A stretch of DNA of 64,000 bases from Candidatus Heimdallarchaeum endolithica (lineage in GTDB: Archaea; Asgardarchaeota; Heimdallarchaeia; Heimdallarchaeales; Heimdallarchaeaceae), in assembly GCA_021513715.1 (NCBI GenBank), contig CP084167.1:480001-544000 (forward strand). The letters are read 5' to 3'. Shown one piece after another: positions 31,265-42,507 of the stretch. The stretch's first letter is position 1. Each line of letters begins with the position of its first letter. Below the pieces are notes generated by a model. The model ran no database searches, had not been told where the DNA came from, and saw only the letters and a program-made list of their open reading frames with translations. The translations under genes were made by a program, and so were the position numbers.

Positions 31265-34200
31265 TCACCTAGTAAAACCAATTGCCATATAAGGATTTTT
31301 AGACTTAACAAGTTTTTGCTGGAATTGCTTTTTTGTAAAGCTTTTTTTAATACTATCTATCCATAACACAATTTTTTCTTCTGTAATCATATTTCTTTTT
31401 ATTTGTTTATGTATCTCTCTTACGACTTTTTCTGTGTTACTTCCACTTTTGTCTTTTACTTGCTTTAGGATTTCAATAAAACTCTCTATATTTGAATATT
31501 TTTGATTCAAAAACTCGGTCTGAATCTTATCTTCAATATTTCTTATCATTCTATCTAATGAATCTGTAAAGTAATAAGCATGTGTTTTCTCCTCTAATTC
31601 TCTTTTTAGATGTTGCTTAAATTTCTCTACTTCATCTTTAAATTCGATAGTGAAATGTATTTTTTTATCTACTTCTTTAATGGTAAAATTTTTAATAGAA
31701 TTTTCGTTAAAAGAGTTACCATCACCATAAAAAACAACTAAATTCTTATCGCCATTCAATAAGGTATACATATTGCATGAAGGAATGTTAATTTTATAAA
31801 TGTCTTCTCTTTTAATATTATACTTTTTTATAGCATTTTGTAGTAAAATAAGAATTGGTTTTGTGTATGGAATTGTTGTTTCTAATTTTTCAAATTTTCC
31901 TCTCCACTGATCTTTCCTTATGCTGTTTAAAACATTAAGATATAGTCTTCTATCTTTTTTCCGTCTTTGCTGTAAAAGTTCTTTTTCTCTTTCAAACCAT
32001 ATTCTATATTCAATCCCAACCCACTTAATTATATCTTCTATTCTAATTTCTAGCGTTTCTACTAAATTTAATTCTTGATCTATACTATCATCTGGTCTAA
32101 AATTGTAGCATCGAATTCTTTTGGGAGTATCAAGTCTTGTTGCACGGCCAATTCTCTGTATCAATTTTACAGGATTATATGGAATATCAAAATTTACTAC
32201 TATATCAGCACCACTGATATTGTAACCTTCAGATAAAGTGTCAGTTGTTACTAAAATTTTAAGTTCATTATCTGAATCATTAAATTTTTCTATTATAGAA
32301 TTTTTATTTTTTGTTTGAGAATCAACAAATTTTATAATTGTTGAATCGATCTTATCTTTAAGGAATTCTTTTATAGCTTTTAAGCTATCTTTGTATTCTA
32401 CAAAAATGAGTATTTTCTTTTTTATATGTTTATTTATCAATAACAAAAATTCTTCTAATTTTTTGTCATCAATGAAAAGGATTTTACTATTTGGAATCAA
32501 AAATTTTTCTAGTTGTTTTAACTGTTCATCTATTTTTTTTGTATCTTCTTCTAAATCTTCTAAAATTGTTAAGTGACTTTTTCCTTCTCCAGATTTTATT
32601 TTTTCTATGATCTCTCCTAGTTTTTGTCTAAAATCATACCCAAAGTTAACTTCTATTTCATCCTGTTCATCGATTCTTTCTCTTTCTAATATTGAAATAT
32701 CTCTTTTTTTTATTGATGTAAGAATAAGTTTATTTTTCTTTGATAATCTTTTCAATGTAAGGTAATATGATGTAATATCGCTTTCAAATCTTTTGTATAA
32801 AATCCATTTAAAGAACCCGCCTAGTCTTGTACCTAGTTCTGGTTCTAATATTTTTAAGTGAGCTGCAGTAAGGCTATTTATGAAATCTATGATACCTTCA
32901 ACAATTTCTTTATACTTTTTATCTAATTTATATGCAATTTCTCTAACTTCAGGATCTGGTATTTGCCGAATATCTATACCTGATAATTCTTCAATTTCCT
33001 TTATATATTCTTCAGAAGTTTTTATTGTTTCACGTGTTGATTTTATGAATAACTCACGTTCTATTTCTTCTTGTTTTTTTGAAATTAATTTTTTATCTTC
33101 ATCAGAGAGGTTTTCATAATCTTTTTCACTTACTAAATTTAGTATTTCAACCAGATTTCTAACAAGTTTGTCAAGATATGGATTTTGTCCTTTCCTATAG
33201 ATAAGTTTTATAAGATTAAGAAGGTCAAAAAGGCTTGTGTTAATAGGAGTGGCTGTTAAAAATAAAACTTTTGCATCTCCATTTTCATCAATAATTTTTT
33301 TTAAATTTCTTGTTCTAAATGCATCTTCATTTCTATAATTATGAGCTTCATCAATGATTATTAGGTTATATTTTTTTTCTAGAAGACTTATCTTTCCAAA
33401 TGGTGGTGAATATTTATTGACCTTTTTATCCTCAAATAATAAGGGGTCTTCTTGAAGGTCTCCCATTGAAACTAGATCAACTTTATCAAAAATTCCAAAT
33501 TCGCTTAAATATTTTGGCCAGTTATCTTTTTGTTCTTTTTTTTCTAAAGCTGATTTTACCAAACCAGCTGGAGCAATAACAAGTATTTTTCCTCCATTTT
33601 TGAGGAAATATTCTGCTAGAGCACATGCAACATAAGACTTACCTAATCCTACAGAAGAAGTAAGAAAAACTCCACGATAATTCTTCTCTGCAAGAAGGGT
33701 TGCACATCTTAAAGTGTCTATGATTTGGAATTTTAGCAACCCTTTTTTCTCCCATTTTTCAAAAAGATATTCAGCTTTTAAATATTTAATCAAAAACTTG
33801 AAAAATTGTTCTGGCTTTACATAATGATACACCTCTTTTAAATATTTACCAAATTTTGATTTCTCTATTCCCTCTAAAAGTATTTCAACAACTTTTAATT
33901 TGTCAAATTCTTCTGAACCTCTTTCCCATAAACTATCAAACCAACTTTCAAGGTACTCAAGATTTTCAGGTTCTGAAATAATCACATTTAATTCAGTATT
34001 TCCTATTAATCCACTAGGAGTTAAGTTTGAAGAACCAATTATCCCAGCTTTATACCTTTCAAGTACATCTCTTGTTTTAATATTTCTAATAAAAAGATAA
34101 GCTTTAGAATGCAGTTTTTCTATTTTATTATCATCTCCAAAATAAACACGTATTTTTATTGATTTAGAATCCTTAACTAATTGATGAAATAAAACAATTG

Positions 34201-34510
34201 ATGGAATTGTTGAACTATTTTCCTCTATTTCATTAAACTTTTCTTTAAATGCTTTAATTAGCTCATTTTTTGTCAATCGAGTAGTTTCGCTACCCATTAA
34301 TATTTTTATTTCTTTTAAATCTTTTAATTTATCAATAATAAGTGCAAGACCTTCAATATAGAAATAACCAGTGGCACACTTTAACCCCTCTGTACCATTT
34401 GCAATACTCCTTACAACATCTTTAAGAGTAACGGTTTCTCCTTTGTATTTTCTTCTATTATCTATTATTGAACCTTTTTTCAAAATTTCACTAAAATTTA
34501 CTTCAACCAT
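31265..34510 (-). CDS. PLD-family nuclease fused to SNF2-like (SF2) helicase
   Basis: ATGYFY, LHSKAYLF...IIGSSNLT (HKD-type nuclease); SVGLGKS, IIIDEAHN, LTATP, SEGYN and QRIGRATR helicase motifs. Confidence 0.92.
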   Translation of the reverse strand: MVEVNFSEILKKGSIIDNRRKYKGETVTLKDVVRSIANGTEGLKCATGYFYIEGLALIIDKLKDLKEIKILMGSETTRLTKNELIKAFKEKFNEIEENSSTIPSIVLFHQLVKDSKSIKIRVYFGDDNKIEKLHSKAYLFIRNIKTRDVLERYKAGIIGSSNLTPSGLIGNTELNVIISEPENLEYLESWFDSLWERGSEEFDKLKVVEILLEGIEKSKFGKYLKEVYHYVKPEQFFKFLIKYLKAEYLFEKWEKKGLLKFQIIDTLRCATLLAEKNYRGVFLTSSVGLGKSYVACALAEYFLKNGGKILVIAPAGLVKSALEKKEQKDNWPKYLSEFGIFDKVDLVSMGDLQEDPLLFEDKKVNKYSPPFGKISLLEKKYNLIIIDEAHNYRNEDAFRTRNLKKIIDENGDAKVLFLTATPINTSLFDLLNLIKLIYRKGQNPYLDKLVRNLVEILNLVSEKDYENLSDEDKKLISKKQEEIERELFIKSTRETIKTSEEYIKEIEELSGIDIRQIPDPEVREIAYKLDKKYKEIVEGIIDFINSLTAAHLKILEPELGTRLGGFFKWILYKRFESDITSYYLTLKRLSKKNKLILTSIKKRDISILERERIDEQDEIEVNFGYDFRQKLGEIIEKIKSGEGKSHLTILEDLEEDTKKIDEQLKQLEKFLIPNSKILFIDDKKLEEFLLLINKHIKKKILIFVEYKDSLKAIKEFLKDKIDSTIIKFVDSQTKNKNSIIEKFNDSDNELKILVTTDTLSEGYNISGADIVVNFDIPYNPVKLIQRIGRATRLDTPKRIRCYNFRPDDSIDQELNLVETLEIRIEDIIKWVGIEYRIWFEREKELLQQRRKKDRRLYLNVLNSIRKDQWRGKFEKLETTIPYTKPILILLQNAIKKYNIKREDIYKINIPSCNMYTLLNGDKNLVVFYGDGNSFNENSIKNFTIKEVDKKIHFTIEFKDEVEKFKQHLKRELEEKTHAYYFTDSLDRMIRNIEDKIQTEFLNQKYSNIESFIEILKQVKDKSGSNTEKVVREIHKQIKRNMITEEKIVLWIDSIKKSFTKKQFQQKLVKSKNPYMAIGFTR

Positions 34511-34726
34511 TTTTTCACCTTGATATTTTCGTGATTCTCTCTTGCTAGTTTTTGTTACGATTTATTGAAATTATTAAATCAAATCCATTTTAACTATTCA
34601 ACTTTTTATTAGCAAACTATAAACATAAAATATTTTTTTATAGTTTGTAGGTAATTATTAAATTTTAAATTTTTTCATTGCCTTTTGTTAATACAGATCC
34701 CATAGTTTTTTATGTATATTGCAAAT

Positions 34727-35488
34727 GGTAGTGTCTAGTTTTTATACCACCTCCTAGGCAAAAAGGAACTAAGGGGAGGATGTCCCAAGCTCTGATGAGG
34801 ACGAACGAAATTATAATAGAGTATAAAGAGTGTAAGGAAACCAGAAAGATGGGTAGAGCCATAGACGGCACGAATAGAACATGTGCAGTGGAGAATAGAA
34901 TGAAACCAACGATAGCTCTTAAGTGTGGCATTAAAACGTTCAATATAGGAGCGTAAACCACCATTGATAAAAGAGATTTTGATACCGAGACGAAGTAAGA
35001 CAGGATACCATACCCCTGCATCTGTAACGACAATACGAGGCTTAGAACCCCAACATTTGAACCAATAACGGAAAGTTAGTAAACATTCAAAATTACTCCG
35101 TCCTTTAGTAATACTAAAACCCAGTAAAGTCTTATTGTAAGGATCTAACGCGAACCACATATACATTGAGCCTTGAGAGGTCTTAATCTCTGTTTCATCA
35201 ACTACTATAATCTCTGGTATTCCCCCTCTCTCTGCTACAATTCTATGTAAACTTTCCCTAAAGAGCCTGAACTTCTTTACCCAATACCATAGTGCCTGGT
35301 GTGTTAAACCATTCTTCCATCCTACTGTCCTCAACCCATTCTTTGAACCAATATATTCGTAAATAGCTCTTATGATTATTTTCTTGGGGATTCTGCTCCC
35401 TTTAAAAAGGGAGTATATTCTTAGTTTGTTCATATTTTCACATTAGAATCTCCAATAATATTTTTGTCGGGAGAAACTAGACACCACC
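34727..35488 (-). mobile_element. IS6-family insertion sequence, copy 1 (transposase 34735-35433)
   Basis: TIRs GGTAGTGTCTAGTTT / GGTGGTGTCTAGTTT; flanking direct repeat ATTGCAAAT; DDE residues in VVDETEI, VTDAG and IERFNATLK; YYNFVRPHQSL. Confidence 0.9.
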
Positions 35489-35645
35489 ATTGCAAATACC
35501 ATTAAACTTTTTATAATCAAACTCATAACAAGATAATTATAACAATAATAATTGTTTTTTATGTTACTTAAAAAGAAATTATAAAGAAGGAAAAAACAAA
35601 AATAGCATGATATATCGTAAAGTAATGTAAGATAAGAAAGAAAAA

Positions 35646-36083
35646 TTATATATTGAAGGATTCTCCTTTAACTTTTTTAATATGGTGTAAATCGTGTTTC
35701 CATAGACCAAATAAATCTGCAGCTTTTCCCTCAAGATTCTTTTCTATAAGTAATTTATAGTTTTTAATTAATTCTTCTCTTTTTTCTTTAAACATGTCTA
35801 CTACTTCATTCAGACTTTTTTCTTTATATTGTTCTAGTTGTTTATCGTTCCATTCGTCAAGCTTTGAACCAGAATATTCTTCAGACCATACAACTTCTTT
35901 ACCCTCAAATACATCTTTTACAATTCTCAAAATTTCAATGTCCCAGACTAATAAGTGTGCAATAAGTTCTTTCTTTCCCCAACCATTTGATAAACTAAAA
36001 TCTTCGGAAAGATCTAACACAATTTCAGTTGTTTTTTCAAATTTGTTTATATGTTCAGCTGGTTCAATTTTTTCTTTAGTCAT
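35646..36083 (-). CDS. DinB/DfsB-like four-helix-bundle protein
   Basis: WGKKELIAHLLVWD ... HDLHH metal-binding pattern. Confidence 0.7.
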   Translation of the reverse strand: MTKEKIEPAEHINKFEKTTEIVLDLSEDFSLSNGWGKKELIAHLLVWDIEILRIVKDVFEGKEVVWSEEYSGSKLDEWNDKQLEQYKEKSLNEVVDMFKEKREELIKNYKLLIEKNLEGKAADLFGLWKHDLHHIKKVKGESFNI

Positions 36084-36260
36084 AGGAAAGTAATAGAAAA
36101 TATTCTTTTATCCTTTTCTTTTAGAACTATATTTTATTTGTTAAATGATTAAAAATTCTTTCATCTTTTTTGCACTTTAATTTTCTAAAGTTGTTTACTT
36201 TACCCTTCTAAATAATAAACTATTCAAAAAAGGGGAATAATTGTCATTTGGTGAAAAAAA

Positions 36261-37307
36261 ATGTTCACAAAAACAAAAATAATTGGTTTGGGAATACTTC
36301 TTTCAATGTTGATAAGCTCTATTGCTGTATCAGCTGAAAGTCAAGGGATTCAATATTCTGAACAGAATAAGCTTGTTACAATAAGTTATGAGGATTTAAC
36401 CCTCATGGTTAATGCTGGAGGTCAAGTACCAAAATTTCATATTATTCAGGAAGACGGACTAGAATTCCAAGTAATGTTCAAGATGCTTGTAGAGTATTAT
36501 GATGCAAACGAAGATGGAGCTTTTCAATACAATGAAACAAACATTGCTCAAACAGATGAACATGGCCGTCCTAGTGCAAGAACAAACATTTTAGCTCTTC
36601 CTAGTGTTATTTGGTCATTTAGTGGTTTTGATTTAGAATATGAAGAAGGAACAGAAAACATAGTTGCAATACACTTTGCTTTCGTCAGTGAAAATATACT
36701 TATTCCATTTTATGCTGATTTTTCGATGGAGATAAAAGCTCATTTCTATTTAGATAATAAAACTATTGACGGATATGAAATTATTGGCGGAAGAGAACTG
36801 AAGTTTGACATTATTATGAACAATTGGCCATGGGAAAAAGATGATACTTATCTTGCTTTAAGATTTGACATAACACCTTTGAAAGATGCTGAAATAAAAG
36901 ATGTTGAAGGAAAACCTGTCGACACAAAGACAAATTCAACAGGTTATGAACACAAAGTCAATAATCAAAATCAAATGAAGAACGCATTTGAATTGGGAAA
37001 TGCTACAGATAAAGGATTCTTTGCTTACGCTAACAAAGCTAACTATTCTTATCAAAATGAATATCAACAAGGAACAGTAAATTGCTCTTATTCAACTAAT
37101 GGAGACGATACTATTCAAACATATTTGAGCTTTGAACATTTCGATGAAGAAGTTGTTTATGATCCTTCATTAGGTGTGGTTTCTGATACAGAAGAAGGAA
37201 ATAATGAAGAAGATACAACTGGATTAGGAAACTTGGAAATATTAACACTCAGCGCACTTTCAATATCTGTTATTACTGCAGTAGCTATTTTGAGAAAGAA
37301 AAGATAA
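36261..37307 (+). CDS. Secreted/cell-surface protein with C-terminal TM anchor and basic tail
   Basis: Signal peptide; acidic linker; ends LSALSISVITAVAILRKKR; GGTGA SD. Confidence 0.75.
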   Translation: MFTKTKIIGLGILLSMLISSIAVSAESQGIQYSEQNKLVTISYEDLTLMVNAGGQVPKFHIIQEDGLEFQVMFKMLVEYYDANEDGAFQYNETNIAQTDEHGRPSARTNILALPSVIWSFSGFDLEYEEGTENIVAIHFAFVSENILIPFYADFSMEIKAHFYLDNKTIDGYEIIGGRELKFDIIMNNWPWEKDDTYLALRFDITPLKDAEIKDVEGKPVDTKTNSTGYEHKVNNQNQMKNAFELGNATDKGFFAYANKANYSYQNEYQQGTVNCSYSTNGDDTIQTYLSFEHFDEEVVYDPSLGVVSDTEEGNNEEDTTGLGNLEILTLSALSISVITAVAILRKKR

Positions 37308-37437
37308 AATATTCATTTTTCCTTTTTTTCATTTTTTTAGTAATTATCAAAAATATTAGGAAATTGAAAGGTTTCTAACACTTAATTTTATATTACATTA
37401 AAAAAAAAGAAAAAAAGTTTTAGTTTAACCACTTAAA

Positions 37438-40400
37438 CTAATATTTCTTTCCAAGTACATCAATTTCTTCAAGAGTTTCAGTAACTCTTCTTTTTTTTTG
37501 TATTTTTCTGAAGATAATTTCAAATAAAACAATTGAAAAAATGAAAACTATCCAAACTGTAATTTTAAGGAAAATATCACTTCTTACAAAAATAGTAAAG
37601 TTTGAATCATAAGTCAATGGGTCAAAATTGTTCATTACTTCTTCGTAATCACTCATTCCATCTCCATCTGTGTCAGGATCTTTAGGATTTGTACTATAAA
37701 TGATTACTTCTTCTGCGTCATCTAACCCATCATCATCCGAATCAGTATCAAACGGGTTTGTACCATAAACCATTACTTCTAAGAAATCATTTAAATTATC
37801 ACCATCTGTGTCTTCATTTAGAGGATTAGTATGATAATCATGTACTTCACTTCCATCTAGTAATCCATCGTTATCAGAATCACAATCCAAGGGGTCAGTA
37901 GAATACATGAAAATTTCGAGATTATCGGATAAACCATCCAAATCTGAATCTTTTAATGTAGGATTTGTTCCATAAACAAGTACTTCTACTCCATCATCTA
38001 TTCCATCATTATCCGTATCATCATTTGTAGGATCTGTTCCGTAAGCGTATATTTCATCACCATCCAATAATCCATCAAAGTCAGTATCATTATTCCTTGG
38101 ATCAGTATTGTTTTCAAATTCGTGAATATTATATAATTCATCATTATCAAAGTCAACATAGGCATCAATTGGATTAGTAACATCTAAACCATAGTAATAT
38201 TCCCAGTAATTTGTCATTCCATCGCTATCTAAATCTCCATCAGCATCGCTTGGATCATCAGGATCTAATCCTACACTAACTTCCCAGTAATCAGGCATTT
38301 TATCGTTATCACTATCTCTTACTAATTTTATGATAAAAGCATCAATATATCCTTCTAAAGTGGAATTTAAAGAATTTTTTAAAAGAAGATCACTACTCTC
38401 TGTACTCCCTACTATACAGATAGAACCATCATTATCTACTGCTATATCTCTACCTACATCTTCTTCTCTTCCACCAAAATATGTGCTAAAAATTAAATCT
38501 GTTCCACTTTTATTTAACATTGAAACAAAAATGTCAGAATTATAAGTAGGATTTCTTTCTTCAATTGCGTTCTTAATTGGAAAATCATTGCTCCATGTTC
38601 CACCAGTTAAATAGACATTCTGATCATTATCTACTGTTATTGACAAACAAGTATCATTTGATGAACCACCTAAAAATGTACTATATATTATATTATCCGC
38701 TGTTGAACTTATTTTTGTTAAAAATATGTCAGAATATCCATTTAGTGTGTCATCATAAGCATTTTTAGTTGGAAAGTCAGCACTGGTAGTGTATCCTGCC
38801 ACATAAATGTTATCTTGGCTATCTAAAGTAATTGAATAAACGTTTTCTAAATCTTCTCCACCCAAAAATGTACTATGAATTAATTCTGTTCCTGTGTTAG
38901 ATAATTTTAGAATAAAAATGTCAAAGTTACCACTTATTGTAAAAGCTAAAGCATTCTTGATTGGAAAATCAGTACTGTTTGTTATTCCAGCTATGTAAAC
39001 ATCTCCATTATCGTTAACAACAATATCCTGCCCCATTTCGAAATCTGAACTACCAATAAAAGTAGAATAAACAATGTCTCTTCCTGTAAAGTTAAATTTA
39101 GTAATAAAAACATCATAATTTCCATTTGAAGAATTATCATAAGCATTTTTTGTTGGAAAGTCAGTACTATTTGTAACACCAGTAATATATACAAAGCCAT
39201 CACTATCAATAGCTATTCCCCTGGCATAATCATTATACTTTCCTCCTAAATAAGTGCTATAGATTAACCCATTTCCTGTAGAGTTAATATAGGATAAATA
39301 AACATCAAAAAAGCTTCCACCACCATAAGTAGAATTAAAAGCATTTTTAGTTGGAAAATCATCACTTCTTGTAGTCCCAGTAATGAAAACAGAACCATTA
39401 GAGAAAACTTTACCATTTGCAAAGTATTCAGCATCACTTCCCCCTATTATTGTAGTGAAAATAGGTTCAAGAGTTTCTCCATCCAGTTTAGTAACAAAAG
39501 CATCATAATCATCATCTGAGATATTTCCAAAAGCAAAGTTGTTGAATAAAGAAGTGCTCATAGTATCTCCAAAAATGTATATATTTCCATCATTTCCTAT
39601 TTCTATCTTGCGTCCATAATCAAAAACATCTCCGCTTAAATAAGAACTAAAATCTACTAAATAAGGATCAATAATCAATTTTTTTGCTGTATCATATTGT
39701 TCAATATTAAAATTATAACAGTTATCATCAAGACTAAAATAAGCGGGGATAATTTTTCCCTCTTGAAAAACTTTTAAGTTTCTATCGTTAAAAATTCTAT
39801 ATTCTGTATTTCCGATTCTTGAGATTCCAACTATATTAGTTTTATCTTCTTGTTTTAAGTAAAACTTTGAATCTGATGATAGTTGAACCTTAATAACTGA
39901 AGGATCAACATTTGGTTCAACAATAAATTCGTACTTCAGAAATGAACCTGTAAAATAGTATCTTAAAGATATTCCTGGGTATATATCTTCATATATTATT
40001 TCTTGATAACAGCTTATTTGAGTAATTACTTTATCTTTGTAAAAAAAGTTGGAAAAGTAATTTGCTACTCCTTTTGCTTGTGGTACAACGATATTTGAAT
40101 CGGGAAAAGAGATAGTAATTAAGAAAAATTTATTATTTTCTTCTTTATTCGGTTTAAGATTCTGAATAAAGTGGACCTTAGATTCTCCAAAGTAAACATT
40201 TGTTAGAGGAGATTGAGCATAATAAAAAACTGTCTTGTCAAATATTTGCCCTTTATTTTGCATAAAAAAGAATTTAGAATTGTAATCAAGGGCATAATTC
40301 TCTAAATATTCGTCAAAAATACCGTAAAAATTATTTTTTGCCTTATTTTGCTGTTGTGAATATTTTATACTATAAGAGCCAACCAAAGTATTATTTTTGA

Positions 40401-40494
40401 CATAAAATCCAGAAAAACGGCTTACACTTACAAGAAAAATAAAAAACAAAGTAACAAAAAATAAAAAAATTCCTCTGCTTTTAATTCCATTCAT
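37438..40494 (-). CDS. Surface protein with SBBP beta-propeller repeats, DxDxDG repeats, TM and short tail
   Basis: FMQNKGQ; repeated YSTFLGGS..D....IAVD..GNVYITG.T.S.DFP; DSDNDGLLDG repeats; TM; ends EEIDVLGKKY. Confidence 0.88.
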   Translation of the reverse strand: MNGIKSRGIFLFFVTLFFIFLVSVSRFSGFYVKNNTLVGSYSIKYSQQQNKAKNNFYGIFDEYLENYALDYNSKFFFMQNKGQIFDKTVFYYAQSPLTNVYFGESKVHFIQNLKPNKEENNKFFLITISFPDSNIVVPQAKGVANYFSNFFYKDKVITQISCYQEIIYEDIYPGISLRYYFTGSFLKYEFIVEPNVDPSVIKVQLSSDSKFYLKQEDKTNIVGISRIGNTEYRIFNDRNLKVFQEGKIIPAYFSLDDNCYNFNIEQYDTAKKLIIDPYLVDFSSYLSGDVFDYGRKIEIGNDGNIYIFGDTMSTSLFNNFAFGNISDDDYDAFVTKLDGETLEPIFTTIIGGSDAEYFANGKVFSNGSVFITGTTRSDDFPTKNAFNSTYGGGSFFDVYLSYINSTGNGLIYSTYLGGKYNDYARGIAIDSDGFVYITGVTNSTDFPTKNAYDNSSNGNYDVFITKFNFTGRDIVYSTFIGSSDFEMGQDIVVNDNGDVYIAGITNSTDFPIKNALAFTISGNFDIFILKLSNTGTELIHSTFLGGEDLENVYSITLDSQDNIYVAGYTTSADFPTKNAYDDTLNGYSDIFLTKISSTADNIIYSTFLGGSSNDTCLSITVDNDQNVYLTGGTWSNDFPIKNAIEERNPTYNSDIFVSMLNKSGTDLIFSTYFGGREEDVGRDIAVDNDGSICIVGSTESSDLLLKNSLNSTLEGYIDAFIIKLVRDSDNDKMPDYWEVSVGLDPDDPSDADGDLDSDGMTNYWEYYYGLDVTNPIDAYVDFDNDELYNIHEFENNTDPRNNDTDFDGLLDGDEIYAYGTDPTNDDTDNDGIDDGVEVLVYGTNPTLKDSDLDGLSDNLEIFMYSTDPLDCDSDNDGLLDGSEVHDYHTNPLNEDTDGDNLNDFLEVMVYGTNPFDTDSDDDGLDDAEEVIIYSTNPKDPDTDGDGMSDYEEVMNNFDPLTYDSNFTIFVRSDIFLKITVWIVFIFSIVLFEIIFRKIQKKRRVTETLEEIDVLGKKY

Positions 40495-40818
40495 TTTTTC
40501 AAATAATTTAAATCAAAAAACATTATATAAATATTATCAAATGATTTTGTATAATTATTTATTTAAAATTTAAAAATACGCTTAAATAGATTGTAGAACA
40601 AAAAGAAAAATTTTTGCCAATTTCTTTTTTGCAAGTTTTTATTCTAAAGGAGATAAATAAAAATTATGTGTAATAACACAGATAATATTAGGCTAATTAT
40701 CAGCTTTTTTATACAAAATCGAAATAAAGGTCTAGAACGCTAAAAAAAATATTAGAATGAGGATAATAGTAAAAAGCTAACAACAATTTTTTTAAGTAAA
40801 AATATGAATTAAAAAATA

Positions 40819-41640
40819 ATGGGCAATTTGAATGATTCAATAAAGGAAATGAAACTTTTTTCAAATCAAACAAGAAGGGATTTGCTTAAACTTCTTGGAG
40901 AATCAGGAGGATTGTCTTTTACAAATATTAAAGAAGAATTAGGATTAACAGATGGAAGATTATATTTTCATTTAAAGAAATTAGAGGGGTATATAGAGAA
41001 AGATGCACAGAATAACTATAAACTAACTTCTGAAGGTAAGAAAACTTATGACACTTTATTTTTCAGTCATATGGTTGAAAAGAAAAAATTTGAAGAAGAT
41101 GTCTCTTCAAAATCACTAAACAAGTTGTTTCCTGAAGATATCGTTTATTATTTTATTGGAACGAAAGTAAGAAGTATGATTGAACTTAACTCATTATTAA
41201 TAATTTTGTGTTGGTTCTTTGGAGTAACTAATAGCTTCTTTAGTCCTATAGAAACAATAATTATAGGTGGAGCTATATTAAATTTTGTAATCAATCTCGT
41301 TCATTGGTACTTTTATTGCATTCTTATCTATTTCATCTTGAAAGTCTTTAAGAAAGAAGTAAACTTTATAGAGTTAGTTATTACAACCATCACAGGAATT
41401 ATTCCATATTTCATTTATTTAATTACGAAAGGCATTCTACAGTTGTTAAATATTGAAATTGTTGGGTGGGTTAATGTAGTTATGATTATTATATTCATCA
41501 TTTGTAAAATGTGGTCCTCATTAATAATTGCTCAAGGGTTAAGCATTGTAGCCAAGATACATACTTCACAAGCTATACTTACAGTAATATCTTTGATCAT
41601 TATTGATTACATGTACATGTTTATCACTTTATCAATTTGA
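40819..41640 (+). CDS. ArsR-like winged-helix regulator fused to a multi-TM membrane domain
   Basis: RRDLLKLL...LSFTNIKEELGLTDGRLYFHLKKL...YKLTSEG, followed by about five hydrophobic helices. Confidence 0.75.
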   Translation: MGNLNDSIKEMKLFSNQTRRDLLKLLGESGGLSFTNIKEELGLTDGRLYFHLKKLEGYIEKDAQNNYKLTSEGKKTYDTLFFSHMVEKKKFEEDVSSKSLNKLFPEDIVYYFIGTKVRSMIELNSLLIILCWFFGVTNSFFSPIETIIIGGAILNFVINLVHWYFYCILIYFILKVFKKEVNFIELVITTITGIIPYFIYLITKGILQLLNIEIVGWVNVVMIIIFIICKMWSSLIIAQGLSIVAKIHTSQAILTVISLIIIDYMYMFITLSI

Positions 41641-41721
41641 TGTAAGAACTTTAGAAAAATAAATAAGAAGAATAAAAAAAAAGAAGGAGAGAAAATAAAT
41701 AGAGAAAAAGAGCTGAGAAAA

Positions 41722-42390
41722 ATGAATAAAAGAAATTTGATAACTCTATTCCTACTTTCAATTATAACTAGTTCTATAGTTGTTTCTGGGATTCTAACTT
41801 TTAGAAATTATGATGAAATAGTCGAGGATTTGAATAGCATCGACATTTTTCCTACAGAACCAATATATAATGGAGATGATGAATTAAAAACTGGAATATT
41901 GGAGTTATTCTACCTCAGCTCTGTTTCTGAAAGTCAAGTTTCAAAAAGTATGAATAGCTATGGCCCCCCAAATGTAACTGAAACTTTACAAAATGTGTGG
42001 ATAAACATTACTAAAATTGAACTTGTTGGCAATGACTCAAAGTTAATTAACTTATTTGATGATCATGTTCAGTTAGACCTTAAAAAAGCAGAAGAAGGGA
42101 CGATTTTCTTATTTTCGTTTAACATCACTATAGGATTCTATTCATCGATAAAAATCTATTATGAGAATACTTTAGTAACTAACAGCACTGAAGGGGTAGA
42201 AAAAACTTATGTTATTCAAGGTTCAACTTTTCTAGTTGTGCCTTTCAGACAAAATAAATCTTCTAGTAATCAATCTAATCTGGAAATAACGAAAAATGCT
42301 AAAAAAAACATATATTTAGACTTTAATCTTAATCTCATATCCTTTACTCAATCAGCAGTACTAACCATTCAAGCTTTTTTAAACCTTTAA
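41722..42390 (+). CDS. Membrane-anchored protein, DUF4382-like
   Basis: N-terminal TM; NVWINITKIEL...DL...GFYSSIKI...IYLDFNL pattern. Confidence 0.55.
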   Translation: MNKRNLITLFLLSIITSSIVVSGILTFRNYDEIVEDLNSIDIFPTEPIYNGDDELKTGILELFYLSSVSESQVSKSMNSYGPPNVTETLQNVWINITKIELVGNDSKLINLFDDHVQLDLKKAEEGTIFLFSFNITIGFYSSIKIYYENTLVTNSTEGVEKTYVIQGSTFLVVPFRQNKSSSNQSNLEITKNAKKNIYLDFNLNLISFTQSAVLTIQAFLNL

Positions 42391-42507
42391 TCTAGGTAAT
42401 TATAAATTGCTCAAATTTCTTTTTTGCCCTATTTTAATCCTCAAGAAAATATTTTTCTTCATCTCTCAGATAATCTTTTATATTTTCTTTAAAAGAAACA
42501 ATTAATA

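Noticed and set aside
28051-34510. Assignment to BREX or DISARM
   Set aside because: No PglZ, BrxC or DrmA/DrmB-type partner genes are visible.
34710-35033. Alternative-frame ORF in IS6 (also 50053-50370) as a second IS gene
   Set aside because: It is shared only because the copies are near-identical, starts at TTG without an SD, and ends outside the element.
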